From Eledone cirrhosa (Eukaryota), in assembly GCA_964016885.1 (NCBI GenBank), contig OZ024764.1, positions 6,386,001-6,450,000 on the forward strand: a stretch of DNA of 64,000 nt. Direction: 5' to 3'. The notes beneath the pieces were generated by a model. It was not told the origin of the DNA. It saw only the letters and a list, made by a program, of their open reading frames with translations, and did no database searches. Below, in pieces: positions 39,098 through 53,613 of the stretch. The position numbers were made by a program, and so were the translations under genes. Position 1 is the stretch's first letter. Every line of letters begins with the position of its first letter.

Positions 39098-39309
39098 TAA
39101 AACAATGTATTTCTAAGCACTCTTTGGTTATTCCTATAACTATAACGGCTCTGTAGTATACTAGTTATTCTACATTGAGCTAAACCCACACTGTCATACC
39201 AAGGGCAATATATCTGCATGTCTGGGCATATTGATATATTTGTCAACGAAACTATATATATATATATATATATCCATTTATCTATCTATCTGTGTGTCTG
39301 TGAGAAGAA

Positions 39310-39522
39310 ATCATTATCAGGATTGGTGGGGTACCTGAGCAAACCCTGGGTGGTCATCCACCCCTATTGGGGAATTTTTCTTGCTGTATTTTATTGTTAC
39401 TTTGTTATTGTTATTCATATTGTTTACTCGATTTTTCTGTAAAACCCCACTTTCCCGGTCTTTTGTATTGTCCCCTATATGTCGGCCCTTGTGGCCAATA
39501 AATGAAATAATAATTATTATTA
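39310..39522 (+). mobile_element. Tx1-like LINE 3' UTR fragment
   Basis: cacccctattggggaattttt..cccttgtggccaataaa..(ATT)n, as at 40395-40582. Confidence 0.6.
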
Positions 39523-39945
39523 TTGCCGAGGTTAACTTTGCCTTTCATCCTTACGGGGTCGATAAAATAAAGTACCAGTAATGCACTGGGTAATTGCTGG
39601 ACTTGTGCCTAACGTAGAAACAATTATTATTATTATTGCCTTTCATCGTTACGGGGTCGATAAAATAAAGTACCAGTAATACACTGGGATAGTTGCTGGC
39701 CTTGTGCCAAAAGTAGAAACAGTTATTAATAGGGCGGTGGATTGGCAGTATCGGTAGAGAGTCGGACACCATGCTTTGACGCATAGAGTTACGGCCCTTT
39801 CCATTCTGAGTTCAAACCCCGCCGAGGTCAACTTTGCCTTTCATCCTTACGGGGTCGATAAAATAAAGTACCAGTCACGCACTGGGGTCGATTCAATCGA
39901 CTTTCCCCTTCCCCAAAAAACGGCTGGCCTTGTGCCTATATAAGA
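39523..39945 (+). mobile_element. tRNA-derived SINE family A: two tandem 3' fragments plus a full copy (39731-39945)
   Basis: A box tggcagtatcgg, B box gagttcaaaccc; gcctttcatccttacggggtcgataaaataaagtaccag occurs 3 times. Confidence 0.8.
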
Positions 39946-40582
39946 AATCATTATTTTATTACATCCTCTGTTTTTTACACGCAGAAATGCCCATTTGTAC
40001 CGTCCTGTATTGTCCTGTACTGTCCTTAATGTCTACTTTATGTAAACCCTTGTGGTTAATAAAGAAAACATTATTATTATTATTATTATTATTGGTGGCC
40101 ATGGCGAAAGAGATAGTATGGTGGACACGTTTGAAAGGGCTGAAGACGAGCACTTACCTCTTCGGTGATGCTCTGATTGACTTTTTCAAATTTCATTTGA
40201 AAAGGAAAATCAGAGTAGAGAGGGAAGTGCTCTCTTCCCAGCATTTTGTTGAAAGATGGGTGAGAGAAGCAAGAATGGCTCGAGTGAATGGGCCTACTCT
40301 GAATATGTGTCTGTAAATTAAAGGTGGAAAACTGGGAGAGGGCACTTGCCTTGGTGGTCAGGGTCATTGTGGCCTTTTACTGGGCTTTCTCCACAAATGT
40401 CCCTCCAAAGTCTCACCCCTATTGGGGAATTTTTCATTGTTATTTTTTGTTACATCCTCTGTTTTTGTTTTTTACACGCAGAAATGCCCATTTGTACCGT
40501 CCTGTATTGTCCTGCACTGTCCTTAATGTCTACTTTATGTAAACCCTTGTGGTTAATAAAGAAATCATTATTATTATTATTA
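39946..40582 (+). mobile_element. Tx1-clade LINE 3' ends in tandem (39946-40092 UTR; 40093-40582 ORF2 end + UTR)
   Basis: VAMAKEIVWWTRLKG..LIDFFKFHLKRKIRVEREVLSSQHFVERW..*; aataaa and (ATT)n tails. Confidence 0.75.
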
Positions 40583-40748
40583 ATGTTTTATATATATATA
40601 TATCTATTGTATATATTTAAAAGAATGTAGATCTGTCATGACTTCCAACAACCATGTATAATGATAACAGGTTACAAATCTATATAAACATATATTTTCA
40701 AAAGTAAATTTCCCCTCAGATGCTCATCTTTTCATCTAGAGCTCTCTC

Positions 40749-40805
<57 letters not shown>

Positions 40806-40976
40806 TTTTCTCTCTCTCTCTCTCTCTCTGTTTATATATATATAATGTGAGTGTATGTGTATATGTATGTATATGTAATGTGTTGTGTGTGTATATGTAA
40901 TGTGTGTGTGTATATATGTATATATATATATATATATAATGTGTGTGTGTATATATGTATATATATATAATGTGTG

Positions 40977-41013
<37 letters not shown>

Positions 41014-41492
41014 GTATATATGTATATGTATATATGTATATGTATATATGTATATATGTATATGTATATGTATATATGTATATATATATATATTTATATA
41101 TATATATATATAGGTGTATATATATATATGTATATATATATATATGTATGTATATATATATATATATATATATAGGTATATATATATCTATATATATATA
41201 TATATGTATCTATACTTTGAGACTATTCGAAAACAGATCTTTGCAAAACAAAAACTTCGAAGAAATCTTCGAGAAACAAAAACTTTGTAGAATTACCTTC
41301 GAAGGGCCAATTACGAATCCTCAATTTCGGACTTATTCAGAAAACAAGCCAGGGTTAGGGTTTTAATTAGCCTTTTATACAGATTATTGCCCCATCTTAT
41401 ATCTGAAGAAGGTTTATGAAACCAACTTATCGATGTTTTGATTTTCTGGGTAAAATACTTTTGAGGTGAATGCACTTGGAATGTATCTGGTT

Positions 41493-42133
41493 TCAAAGAT
41501 AAGTCCGTAAATCATAGGCCACATATAGCGTGCTTTTGATAGTTATATACCATTGGTTGTCAGGTGGGTGGGAGTGAGGTCAGAGGTGAAATCAACAGTG
41601 GTAGGATTTGAATCTGGTACGATGGGGTCTCATAAACCTCACTGCTGCAACATCAAAGATAAGTCCGTAAATCATAGGCCACATATAGCGTGCTTTTGAT
41701 AGTTATATACCATTGGTTGTCAGGTGGGTGGGAGTGGGGTCAGAGGTGAAATCAACAGTGGTAGGATTTGAATCTGGTACCATGGGGTCTCATAAACCTC
41801 ACTGCTGCAACATCAAAGATAAGTCCGTAAATCATAGGCCACAAATAGCGTGCTTTTGATAGTTATATACCATTGGTTGTCAGGTGGGTGGGAGTGAGGT
41901 CAGAGGTGAAATCAACAGTGGTAGGATTTGAATCTGGTACGATGGGGTCTCATAAACCTCACTGCTGCAACATCAAAGATAAGTCCGTAAATCATAGGCC
42001 ACAAATAGCGTGCTTTTGATAGTTATATACCATTGGTTGTCAGGTGGGTGGGAGTGAGGTCAGAGGTGAAATCAACAGTGGTAGGATTTGAATCTGGTAC
42101 CATGGGGTCTCATAAACCTCACTGCTGCAACAT
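41493..42133. repeat. 160-bp tandem repeat, 4 copies
   Basis: aagtccgtaa at 41501, 41661, 41821 and 41981. Confidence 0.95.
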
Positions 42134-42279
42134 TGAATAGTCACCCCTGCCCCATCTTCCTCTGTACAATATTGATGTAGTGTCTGGGGGTGGGAGGGAG
42201 TCACCTACACGACTTACTGCTTACTGTTGACTGTTAATTAGTGTCATGTTGACCTACGTTTGGGTCACTTGGTACCATG

Positions 42280-43100
42280 TCACACTGACCTAGTTTAAAT
42301 TGTGATTGGGTGCAGTATCACTGACCTATTTAAGTTGTGACTGTGATGTTACACTGGTCTAGTTAAGATTGTGGTGACTGGGTGTAGTGTCACGCTGACC
42401 TAGTTTAGACTGGTGACTGGGTGTAGTGTCACACTGACCTAGTTTAGACTGGTGACTGGGTGCAATGTCACACTGACCTAGTTTAGACTGATAACTGGGT
42501 GTAGTGTCACACTGACCTAGTTTAGACTGGTGACTGGGTGCAGTGTCACACTGATCTAGTTTAGACTGGTGACTGGGTGCAATGTCACACTGACCTAGTT
42601 TAGACTGATAACTGGTGTAGTTGCACACTGACCTAGTTTAGACTGGTGACTGGGTGCAATGTCACACTGACCTCGTTTAGATTGGTGACTGGGCGCAATG
42701 TCACACTGACCTAGTTTAGACTGGTGACTGTGTGCAATGTCACACTGACCTAGTTTAGATTGGCGACTGGGCGCAATGTCACACTGACCTAGTTTAGACT
42801 GGTGACTGGGTGCAATGTCACACTGACCTAGTTTAGACTGATGACTGGGTGCAGTGTCGTACTGACCTAGTTTAGACTGATGACTGGGTGTAGTGTCACA
42901 CTGACCTAGTTTAGACTGATGACTGGGTGTATTGTCACACTGACCTAGTTTAGACTGATGACTGGGTATAGTGTCACACTGACCTAGTTTAGACTGATGA
43001 CTGGGTGTAGTGTCACATTGACCTAATTTAGGTTATGGTGACCTACTATAAACAACTAGTTAATGACACTGACTGGATGTAGTGTCACACTGACCTATTT
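42280..43100. repeat. 39-bp minisatellite, about 21 copies (degenerate continuation at 44370-44600)
   Basis: Unit ctgacctagtttagactggtgactgggtgcaatgtcaca. Confidence 0.92.
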
Positions 43101-43169
43101 TAAACACCTTGACCGACTTTAGCTTGTAGTGACTAGCTGTAATGTCACAGCTTCTTTTGACTGGGTTGA

Positions 43170-44367
43170 TTAACCACATATTTCACATAACATTTACATT
43201 ACTCTATATATACTATTGTATTGTCACAGTAAAGGCTTTACCACACATAATATCTCACATAACATTTACATTACTCTATATATACTATAGTATTTTCAAA
43301 GTAAAGGCTTTACCTCACATAATATCTCACATAACATTTACATTACTCTATATATACTATTGTATTTTCACAGTAAAGGCTTTACCTCACATAATATCTC
43401 ACATAACATTTACATTACTCTATATATACTATTGTATTTTCACAGTAAAGGCTTTACCTGACATAATATCTCACATAACATTTACATTACTCTATATATA
43501 CTATTGTATTTTCCCAGTATAGGCTTTACCTCACATAATATCTCACATAACATTTACATTACTCTATATATACTATTGTATTTTCACAGTAAAGGCTTTA
43601 CCTCACATAATATCTCACATAACATTTACATTACTCTATATATACTATTGTATTTTCAAAGTAAAGGCTTTACCTCACATAATATCTCACATAACATTTA
43701 CATTACTCTATATATACTATTGTATTGTCACAGTAAAGGCTTTACATCACATAATATCTCACATAACATTTACATTACTCTATATATACTATTGTATTGT
43801 CACAGTAAAGGCTTTACCTCACATAATATCTCACATAACATTTACATTACTCTATATATACTATAGTATTTTCAAAGTAAAGGCTTTACCTCACATAATA
43901 TCTCACATAACATTTACATTACTCTATATATACTATTGTATTGTCACAGTAAAGGCTTTACATCACATAATATCTCACATAACATTTACATTACTCTATA
44001 TATACTATTGTATTTTCACAGTAAAGGCTTTACCTCACATAATATCTCACATAACATTTACATTACTCTATATATACTATTGTATTTTCACAGTAAAGGC
44101 TTTACATCACATAATATCTCACATAACATTTACATTACTCTATATATACTATTGTATTGTCACAGTAAAGGCTTTACCTCACATAATATCTCACATAACA
44201 TTTATATTACTCTATATATACTATTGTATTTTCACAGTAAAGGCTTTACCTCACATAATATTTATGTAAAGAACAATACCTTAACATAAGTATGGGCAGC
44301 TGGTTTGAACAGAAAGGGGTGAGGGGATTCTGGCGGGATATGGCTGGCTTAGATGCTAAAGGATTAA
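43170..44367 (+). mobile_element. piggyBac-type MITE with about 15 x 72-bp array
   Basis: Starts TTAAcc and ends gatgctaaagga-TTAA; same unit and flank as 23466 and 50369. Confidence 0.7.
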
Positions 44368-44753
44368 ACACTGACCTACATTTGACTAGGTACAGTATCA
44401 TGGTGACCTACTTTAAACAGCTGGTCCGTGACCTGGTTTGAGTGTCACAGTGACCTAGTTTAGATAGCTAAGTAATGGCATCCAGACCTATTTCAGGTTA
44501 TGATGACTAAATGCAGTAGCGACCCCATTAAAACAAGCAATGACACAGTAACCTAGTTTATGTCGTCGCTAGTTACAGCATCACACTGACCTAGTTTAAA
44601 TAATTTCTTAACCTTTTACCATTTACATTACTCTATATTTACTATTATATCATCATTGTACATTACTCTGTGTATGTATAGTGTGTATATTGATATTATA
44701 CACCAATATACATACATGTAGATATGATACATCAAATGAAATTGTAATTGACA

Positions 44754-45510
44754 ATCATCATCATCATCATCATCAACGTTTAACGTCCGTGTTCCACGCT
44801 TGCATGGGTTTGGACGGGGGTTTTCCCACTTGAGGCAAGAGTGATTATCTTGCTCGCATAGGACTGTCTGGCGGGTTTTCTACAGCTGGATGCCCTTCCT
44901 AACACCAACCACATTTACAGTGTGGGACTGGGAGGTTTTTACCGTGTTGCCTACACGGCCACATTACAGCGTGGACTGTCTGGCGGGTTTTCTACAGCTG
45001 GATGCCCTTCCTAACACCAACCACATTTACAGTGTGGGACTGGGAGGTTTTTACCGTGTTGCCTACACGGCCACATTACAGCGTGGACTGTCTGGCGGGT
45101 TTTCTACAGCTGGATGCCCTTCCTAACACCAACCACATTTACAGTGTGGGACTGGGAGGTTTTTACCGTGTTGCCTACATGGCCACATTACAGCGTGGAC
45201 TGTCTGGCGGGTTTTCTACAGCTGGATGCCCTTCCTAACTCCAACCACATTTACAGTGTGGGGCTGGGAGGTTTTTACCGTGTTGCCGACACGGCCACAT
45301 TACAGCGTGGACTGTCTGGCGGGTTTTCTACAGCTGGATGCCCTTCCTAACACCAACCACATTTACAGTGTGGGGCTGGGAGGTTTTTACCGTGTTGCCT
45401 ACACGGCCACATTACAGCGTGAACTGTGTGTTTTTTTGTCGTGACACCTACACGATCTCATTTGTTTCAGCCTGGATGTTGTGGCACCAACATAACTTTA
45501 CATTGAAAGG
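44754..45510 (-). mobile_element. RTE-tailed SINE-like element with 5 x 112-bp internal tandem repeat (44861-45425)
   Basis: ggactgtctggcgggttttctacagctggatgcccttcctaac recurs every 112 bp. Confidence 0.85.
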
Positions 45511-45864
45511 GGCGTGAAGAGAGACTGTGTTACATTGTCTTATGTAATCAGTAAAGTAATCCATGATACATTTAAAAAAGACGATATTATATATAAACTG
45601 GATTACGGGGAAATATAATGGAAACAAAACATGAGAAAATTAACGATAGAAATATAAACGTTATATAACAATGTAAATATATGAAGGTTTATATAAGTGA
45701 TATGATATAGTGTCTGTTATATCATAACTGGAAGTGTTGACATTTGAAAATGTTAAAAGAAGTGAATCTTAAAATAAGCAATCATTATATATAACAATAT
45801 TTATGTTTAATCAGCAGCTACGAAATTTAGTAGATAAATTATGTAATATTCATTCATTATTTAT

Positions 45865-46065
45865 TGTGGATTGGCAGTATAGGTAGAGGGTCGGACGCCA
45901 TGCTTTGACGCATAGAGTTACGGCCCTTCCCATTCTGAGTTCAAATCCTGCCGAGGTTAACTTTGCCTTTCATCCTTACGGGGTCGATAAAATAAAGTAC
46001 CAGTAATGCACTGGGGTCAATTTAATCAACTTTCTCCTCTCCAATAATTGTTGCCTGAATCAGAA
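45865..46065 (+). mobile_element. tRNA-derived SINE family A
   Basis: Matches 39731 and 60973. Confidence 0.8.
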
Positions 46066-46089
46066 ATATTGGGTTTTATTGCTGTCTTT

Positions 46090-46090
46090 A

Positions 46091-46122
<32 letters not shown>

Positions 46123-48212
46123 GACATATATATATATATATATATATGTGTATGTGTGTATATGTATGTCTATGTATATGTGTGTATATGTATGTCTATA
46201 TGTGTGTGTACAGATGTGTATTTATGTATGTATATGTGTGTGTCTGTGTGTATGTATGTATGTGTGTGTATGTATGTGTATATATATAGAGAGAGAGAGA
46301 CACACATGTGTGTGCGTGTGTGTATATCTGTGTTTATGTATGCCTATATATATGTGTATATATATGTGTGTGTGTGTATATGTATGTCTATATGTGTGTA
46401 CATCTGTGTATTTATGTATGTGTGTGTCTGTATGTATGTATATATGTGTGTGTATGTATGTGTGTATATATATATAGAGAGAGAGAGACACACGTGTGTG
46501 TGTGTGTGTATATCTGTGTTTATGTATGCCTATATATATGTGTGTGTGTGTATATGTATGTCTATATGTGTGTGTACAGATGTGTATTTATGTATGTATA
46601 TGTGTGTGTCTGTGTATGTATGTATATGTGTGTGTGTATGTATGTGTATATATATAGAGAGAGACACACATATGTGTGTGTGTATATCTGTGTTTATGTA
46701 TGCCTATATATATGTGTATATATATGTGTGTGTGTATATGTATGTCTATATGTGTGTGTACATCTGTGTATTTATGTATGTATATGTGTGTTTGTGTGTA
46801 TATATATGTATATGTGTGTGTGTATGTATGTGTGTATATATAGAGAGAGAGACTCACGTGTGTGTGTGTATATCTGTGTTTATGTATGCCTATATATATG
46901 TGTGTGTGTATATGTATGTCTATATGTGTGTGTACATCTGTGTATTTATGTATGTATATGTGTGTGTCTGTGTATGTATGTATATATGTGTGTGTGTGTA
47001 TGTGTGTACATATATATATATATAGAGAGAGAGAGACACATGTGTGTGTGTGTGTATATCTGTGTTTATGTATGCCTATATATATGTGTATATATATATA
47101 TGTGTGTGTGTATATGTATGTCTATATGTGTGTGTACATCTGTGTATTTATGTATGTATATGTGTGTCTGTGTGTGTGTATGTATGTGTGTATATATATA
47201 TAGAGAGAGAGAGACACACGTGTGTGTGTGTATATCTGTGTTTATGTATACCTATATATATGTGTGTGTGTGTATATGTATGTCTATATGTGTGTGTACA
47301 TCTGTGTATTTATGTATGTATATGTGTGTGTCTGTGTATGTATGTATGTGTGTGTGTGTATGTGTGTATATATATATATAGAGAGAGAGAGAGAGACACG
47401 TGTGTGTGTATATCTGTGTTTATGTATGCCTATATATATGTGTGTATATATGTGTGTGTGTATATGTATGTCTATATATGTGTGTACATCTGTGTATTTA
47501 TGTATGTATGTGTATGTGTGTGTGTATGTATGTATATATATATAGAGAGAGAGACACACGTGTGTGTTTGTATATCTGTGTTTATGTATGCCTATATATA
47601 TGTGTCTTTGTGTATATATATATATATATATGTGTATGTGTGTGTGTGTGTGTGTGTTTATGTATGTATATATATATATATGTGTGTATATCTGTGTTTA
47701 TGTATGCCTCTATATATATGTCTGTGTGTGTGTGTGTGTTTATGTATGTATATATATATATATGTGTGTGTATATCTGTGTTTATGTATGCCTCTATATA
47801 TATGTCTGTGTGTGTATATATATATATATGTGTGTGTTTATGTATGTATATATATATATATGTGTGTGTATATCTGTGTTTATGTATGCCTCTGTATATA
47901 TGTGTGCATATATGTATATATATATATGTGTGTGTTTATGTATGTATATATATATATATGTGTGTGTATATCTGTGTTTATGTATGCCTCTATATATATG
48001 TGTGCATATATGTATATATATATATGTGTGTGTTTATGTATGTATATATATATATATGTGTGTGTATATCTGTGTTTATGTATGCCTCTATATATGTGTG
48101 CATATATGTATATATATATATATATATGTGTGTGTTTATGTATGTATATATATATATATATGTGTGTGTATATCTGTGTTTATGTATGCCTCTATATATA
48201 TGTCTGTGTGTG

Positions 48213-48245
<33 letters not shown>

Positions 48246-48705
48246 TTATGTATGTATATATATATATATATGTGTGTGTTTATGTTTAGTGTTATGTAAG
48301 TCATTGAATAAACACTAATTAACCCCCCCCCCCTACCACCACCTGGCAGGAGAGGGGGTGGGGTGTCTGCTTATGCCCCCACCCCACCCCCACCTGCCAA
48401 GAGAGAGGGTGGAGTGTCTGTTGATGTAACAGACACACCTCTCATCACACCCCACTCCATCATCTCATACATCATATAGCAAGATAATTTCTTACACACA
48501 CACACACCACTCAACACCATCAGCTACACCACACTGTCCCACAGACACACACACACACACACACGTGTGTGTGTCTGTATATCCATGTGTATGTGTTTAT
48601 ATATATATATATATGTGTGTCTGTGTGTGTGTATATATATATATGTGTGTGTGTATATATATATATATATGTGTGTGTGTATATATATATATGTGTGTGT
48701 GTGTT

Positions 48706-48736
<31 letters not shown>

Positions 48737-48805
48737 TTATATATATGTGTGTGTGTGTGTGTTTATATATATATATGTGTGTGTGTGTGAGTGTGTGTGT
48801 GTGTT

Positions 48806-48838
<33 letters not shown>

Positions 48839-48843
48839 ATATA

Positions 48844-48885
<42 letters not shown>

Positions 48886-49062
48886 TGTGTTTATATATAT
48901 ATATATGTGTGTATGTTTATGTAGGCATGTATATAAGTATGTATATATACATATATATATATATATGTATCTGTATGTAGGTATGTATATATGTATACAT
49001 AATTATATATATGTATGTATATCTCTATCATATATATAATAGAAAAAAACGAGGAAGTTTTG

Positions 49063-49097
<35 letters not shown>

Positions 49098-49102
49098 ATA
49101 GA

Positions 49103-49169
<67 letters not shown>

Positions 49170-49267
49170 GTACTTATATATAGACACATGTGAATTTGTG
49201 ATTCTTTGATAAAAGATATATTTTGATGATAAATTACTGTGTTGAAATATAGGTTCTTAAATACACA

Positions 49268-49327
<60 letters not shown>

Positions 49328-49467
49328 CCTATACACACCGACACTCCCAGTATGTCACCCAATGGAATCATGCCAATATACAGTCTGTTGTCTTTGAGAA
49401 ATGATGTGTGTGCGTATATATACATATATATACATGTGTGTATATATATATATACATGTGTGTGTAT

Positions 49468-49500
<33 letters not shown>

Positions 49501-49812
49501 CATGTGTGTGTGTATACATATATATACATACATGTGTGTGTGTGTATACATATATATACATGTGTGTGTATATACATATATATACATACATGTGTGTGTA
49601 TACATATATATATACATACATGTGTGTGTGTATACATATATATACATGTGTGTGTATATACATATATATACATACATGTGTGTGTATATACATACATGTG
49701 TGTGTATACATATATATATACATACATGTGTGTGTGTATACATATATATACATGTGTGTGTATATACATATATATACATACATGTGTGTGTATATACATA
49801 TATATACATACA

Positions 49813-49844
<32 letters not shown>

Positions 49845-50155
49845 CATACATGTGTGTGTATATATATATATATACATACATGTGTGTGTATATATATATA
49901 TATACATGTGTGTGTATATACATATTTATACATACATGTGTGTGTATACATATATATATACATACGTGTGTGTGTATACATATATATACATGTGTGTGTA
50001 TATACATATATATACATACATGTATGTGTATACATATATATACATGTGTGTGTATATACATATATATACATACACATGTGTGTATATATATATATATATA
50101 TATACATACATGTGTGTAAGTCAGTGGGTCTGTGTATATCTATATATATATATAT
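46090..50155. repeat. Large (TG)/(TA)/(GA) compound microsatellite field with higher-order periodicity
   Basis: tatatctgtgtttatgtatgcct recurs at about 180-bp, then about 60-120-bp spacing; catgtgtgtgtata units over 49400-50120. Confidence 0.85.
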
Positions 50156-50368
50156 GTATGTGTTTGCATCTATACTTTTTCACTGGCTTCAAGAGATTAA
50201 GTTGATCATATGAACCTCATCACATACTTTATCGATCTCTGTTTGTAGCGCTGTTAAGTTACTAGACATTTACAAGCATGTACACAGACATATATGGATG
50301 TGGTTGTGTGTGTGGAATGAAGTAATTAGTAAATCTAGTGACTTCCTCCCAAAAGGTTATTAATTAAT

Positions 50369-51951
50369 TTAACCCATTAGCATTTACATTACTCTATATA
50401 TACTATTGTATTTTCACAGTAAAGGCTTTACCTCACATAATATCTCACATAACATTTACATTACTCTATATATATACTATTGTATTTTCACAGTAAAGGC
50501 TTTACCTCACATAATATCTCACATAACATTTACACTACTCTATATATACTATCGTATTTTCACAGTAAAGGCTTTACCTCACATAATATCTCACATAACA
50601 TTTACATTACTCTATATATACTATTGTATTTTCACAGTAAAGGCTTTACCTCACATAATATCTCACATAACATTTACATTACTCTATATATACTATCGTA
50701 TTTTCACAGTAAAGGCTTTACCTCACATAATATCTCACATAACATTTACATTACTCTATATATACTATTGTATTTTCACAGTAAAGGCTTTACCTCACAT
50801 AATATCTCACATAACATTTACATTACTCTATATATACTATCGTATTTTCACAGTAAAGGCTTTACCTCACATAATATCTCACATAACATTTACATTACTC
50901 TATATATACTATTGTATTTTCACAGTAAAGGCTTTACCTCACATAATATCTCACATAACATTTACATTACTCTATATATACTATTGTATTTTCACAGTAA
51001 AGGCTTTACCTCACATAATATCTCACATAACATTTACATTACTCTATATATACTATTGTATTGTCACAGTAAAGGCTTTACCTCACATAATATCTCACAT
51101 AGCATTTACATTACTCTATATATTCTATTGTATTGTCACAGTAAAGGCTTTACCTCACATAATATCTCACATAACATTTACATTACTCTATATATACTAT
51201 TGTATTTTCACAGTAAAGGCTTTACCTCACATAATATCCCACATAACATTTACATTACTCTATATATACTATTGTATTTTCACAGTAAAGGCTTTACCTC
51301 ACATAATATCTCACATAACATTTACATTACTCTATATATACTATTGTATTGTCACAGTAAAGGCTTTACCTCACATAATATCTCACATAACATTTACATT
51401 ACTCTATATATACTATTGTATTGTCACAGTAAAGGCTTTACCTCACATAATATCTCACATAACATTTACATTACTCTATATATACTATTGTATTGTCACA
51501 GTAAAGGCTTTACCTCACATAATATCTCACATAACATTTACATTACTCTATATATACTATTGTATTGTCACAGTAAAGGCTTTACCTCACATAATACCTC
51601 ACATAACATTTACATTACTCTATATATACTATTGTATTTCCACAGTAAAGGCTTTACCTCACATAATATCTCACATAACATTTACATTACTCTATATATA
51701 CTATTGTATTTTCACAGTAAAGGCTTTACCTCACATAATATCTCACATAACATTTACATTACTCTATATATACTATTGTATTGTCACAGTAAAGGCTTTA
51801 CCTCACATAATATCAAATCTATATTTTGATTTTATTTATTTTGAGAACGATACCTTCACATAAGTATGATCAGACAGTTACAGCTGGTTTGAACAGAAAG
51901 ATTTGAGAGAATTCTGGCCAAATATGGCCAGTTTAAATGCTAAAGGATCAA
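50369..51951 (+). mobile_element. piggyBac-type MITE with about 20 x 72-bp array
   Basis: TTAA-cccattagcattta at the left end and taaatgctaaagga-tcaa at the right (inverted termini). Confidence 0.75.
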
Positions 51952-51974
51952 TTCATTCAAAATATGGAAGCCTG

Positions 51975-52190
51975 TCAGTGACCCCACCCCCCTTGTCATA
52001 TGTAAATAGTCACTGTGAGAGCACACCTCATTGTTATAACTAACTAGTCTCTGTGAGACCACACCCAATGATCATAAGTAAGCAGTAGCTGTGTAAGCAC
52101 GCCTCCTTGTTATAAGTAACTAGTGGTTGTGAGACCACTCCTACTTGTCATAAGTAACCCATTGTCTGTTAGACACACCTACTGGTTCTC
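51975..52190. repeat. Degenerate 39-bp minisatellite
   Basis: tgt(c/t)ataagtaactagt..tgtgaga..cacacc recurring. Confidence 0.55.
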
Positions 52191-52269
52191 AAACTATATT
52201 CTCTTATCATTCATGGTAACGAAAGGGTTAAAGTGTTTATATTTATCTTTTGATGTTCAAAAAGAAATG

Positions 52270-52452
52270 GAAAGGAGCTGATCATCAGATCAGACCAAGG
52301 AAACAATGTTTCCATTGGTCTTTCCATTACTGATACCATCTGTCAGTCACAACTCCTGACAGAAGAAAGGAGCTGATCATCAGATCAGACCAAGGAAACA
52401 ATGTTTCCTTTGGTCTTTCCATTACTGATACTATCTGTCAGTCACAACACCT
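52270..52452. repeat. About 2 dispersed copies of the 95-bp unit
   Basis: Near-identical to the 21997-23413 unit. Confidence 0.9.
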
Positions 52453-52469
52453 GTTGACACCATTATTTA

Positions 52470-52588
52470 AGTTCAAAACCCGTCGATGTTAACTTTGCCT
52501 TTCATCCTTACGGGGTCGATAAAATAAAGTACCAGTAATACACTGGGGTAATTGCCGGCCTTGTGATAAAAGTAGAAACAATTATTAT
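52470..52588 (+). mobile_element. 5'-truncated SINE family A
   Basis: gttcaaaaccc..gcctttcatccttacggggtcgataaa. Confidence 0.7.
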
Positions 52589-52589
52589 G

Positions 52590-52958
52590 GCCTCGGAGCG
52601 CCCTCCTCCCATGATAATCTGATCACCTAGGTACTGGCAGCTATTTACCCCTCTATAGCACCCACCTGCATTTGAAAAATGTGTCTGTCACTGCGACTTC
52701 TACAGCCAAATTTCCCTGTACATCTACTGCATATGTAGTTTTCCCTACTTGTTAGTTTGCCTGCTATCCCACTACATCTCTTGTGTACCCAGGGTCTACA
52801 TTGTGTACATTTTATAGAATTTATGCCAGTTCCTTTTCTACATATCGAACATGGCCATTCCTCTGATGGATCAGAGTTTTGTCCTCTTTTCTACTTATCA
52901 ACACTTTAGTCTTAGCTAGGTTCACTCTCAGTCCTCTTGATTCCAACTGTGTACCAGT
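52590..52958 (-). mobile_element. Decayed RTE LINE internal ORF2 fragment with Cys-rich zinc-finger insertion
   Basis: [24 protein letters not shown] / EWPCSICRKGTGINSIKCTQCRPWVHKRCSGIAGKL..YICSRC / YLGDQI (frameshifted). Confidence 0.85.
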
Positions 52959-53025
52959 ATATTAATGCCAAAAATTATGAGCACAGCGGGCATGCATATA
53001 TGTATATCTATCTGTGAGTGTGTGG

Positions 53026-53071
<46 letters not shown>

Positions 53072-53239
53072 CACACACACACACATGTGTATATACACAT
53101 GCATATATGTATACATACATATATATATATACACACATACACTACATATATATACATATGTATATATGTGTATATCTGTATGTATGTATGTATGTGTGTG
53201 TATATATATATATATATATTTACACACCCACACACTCAC

Positions 53240-53312
<73 letters not shown>

Positions 53313-53573
53313 TGCACTCATATATATATATACACACTATACATATATATATATATATACACACACTATATATATATATACACTACATATATATCTCTAT
53401 ATATATATACACTATATATATATATATATATATACACACTATATATATATATACACACTATATATATATATATATACACTATATATATATATACACTATA
53501 TATATATATATACACACTATATATATATATATATATACACACTATATATATATACACTATATATATATATACA

Positions 53574-53613
<40 letters not shown>

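Noticed and set aside
41351-41425. gggttaggg telomere-like word and a CTGAAGA hairpin
   Set aside because: Only about 1.5 telomeric units; the hairpin lacks a following GAAA.
46048-50213. Numerous YI/CV/HT-rich ORFs
   Set aside because: Translations of (TA)n/(TG)n microsatellites.
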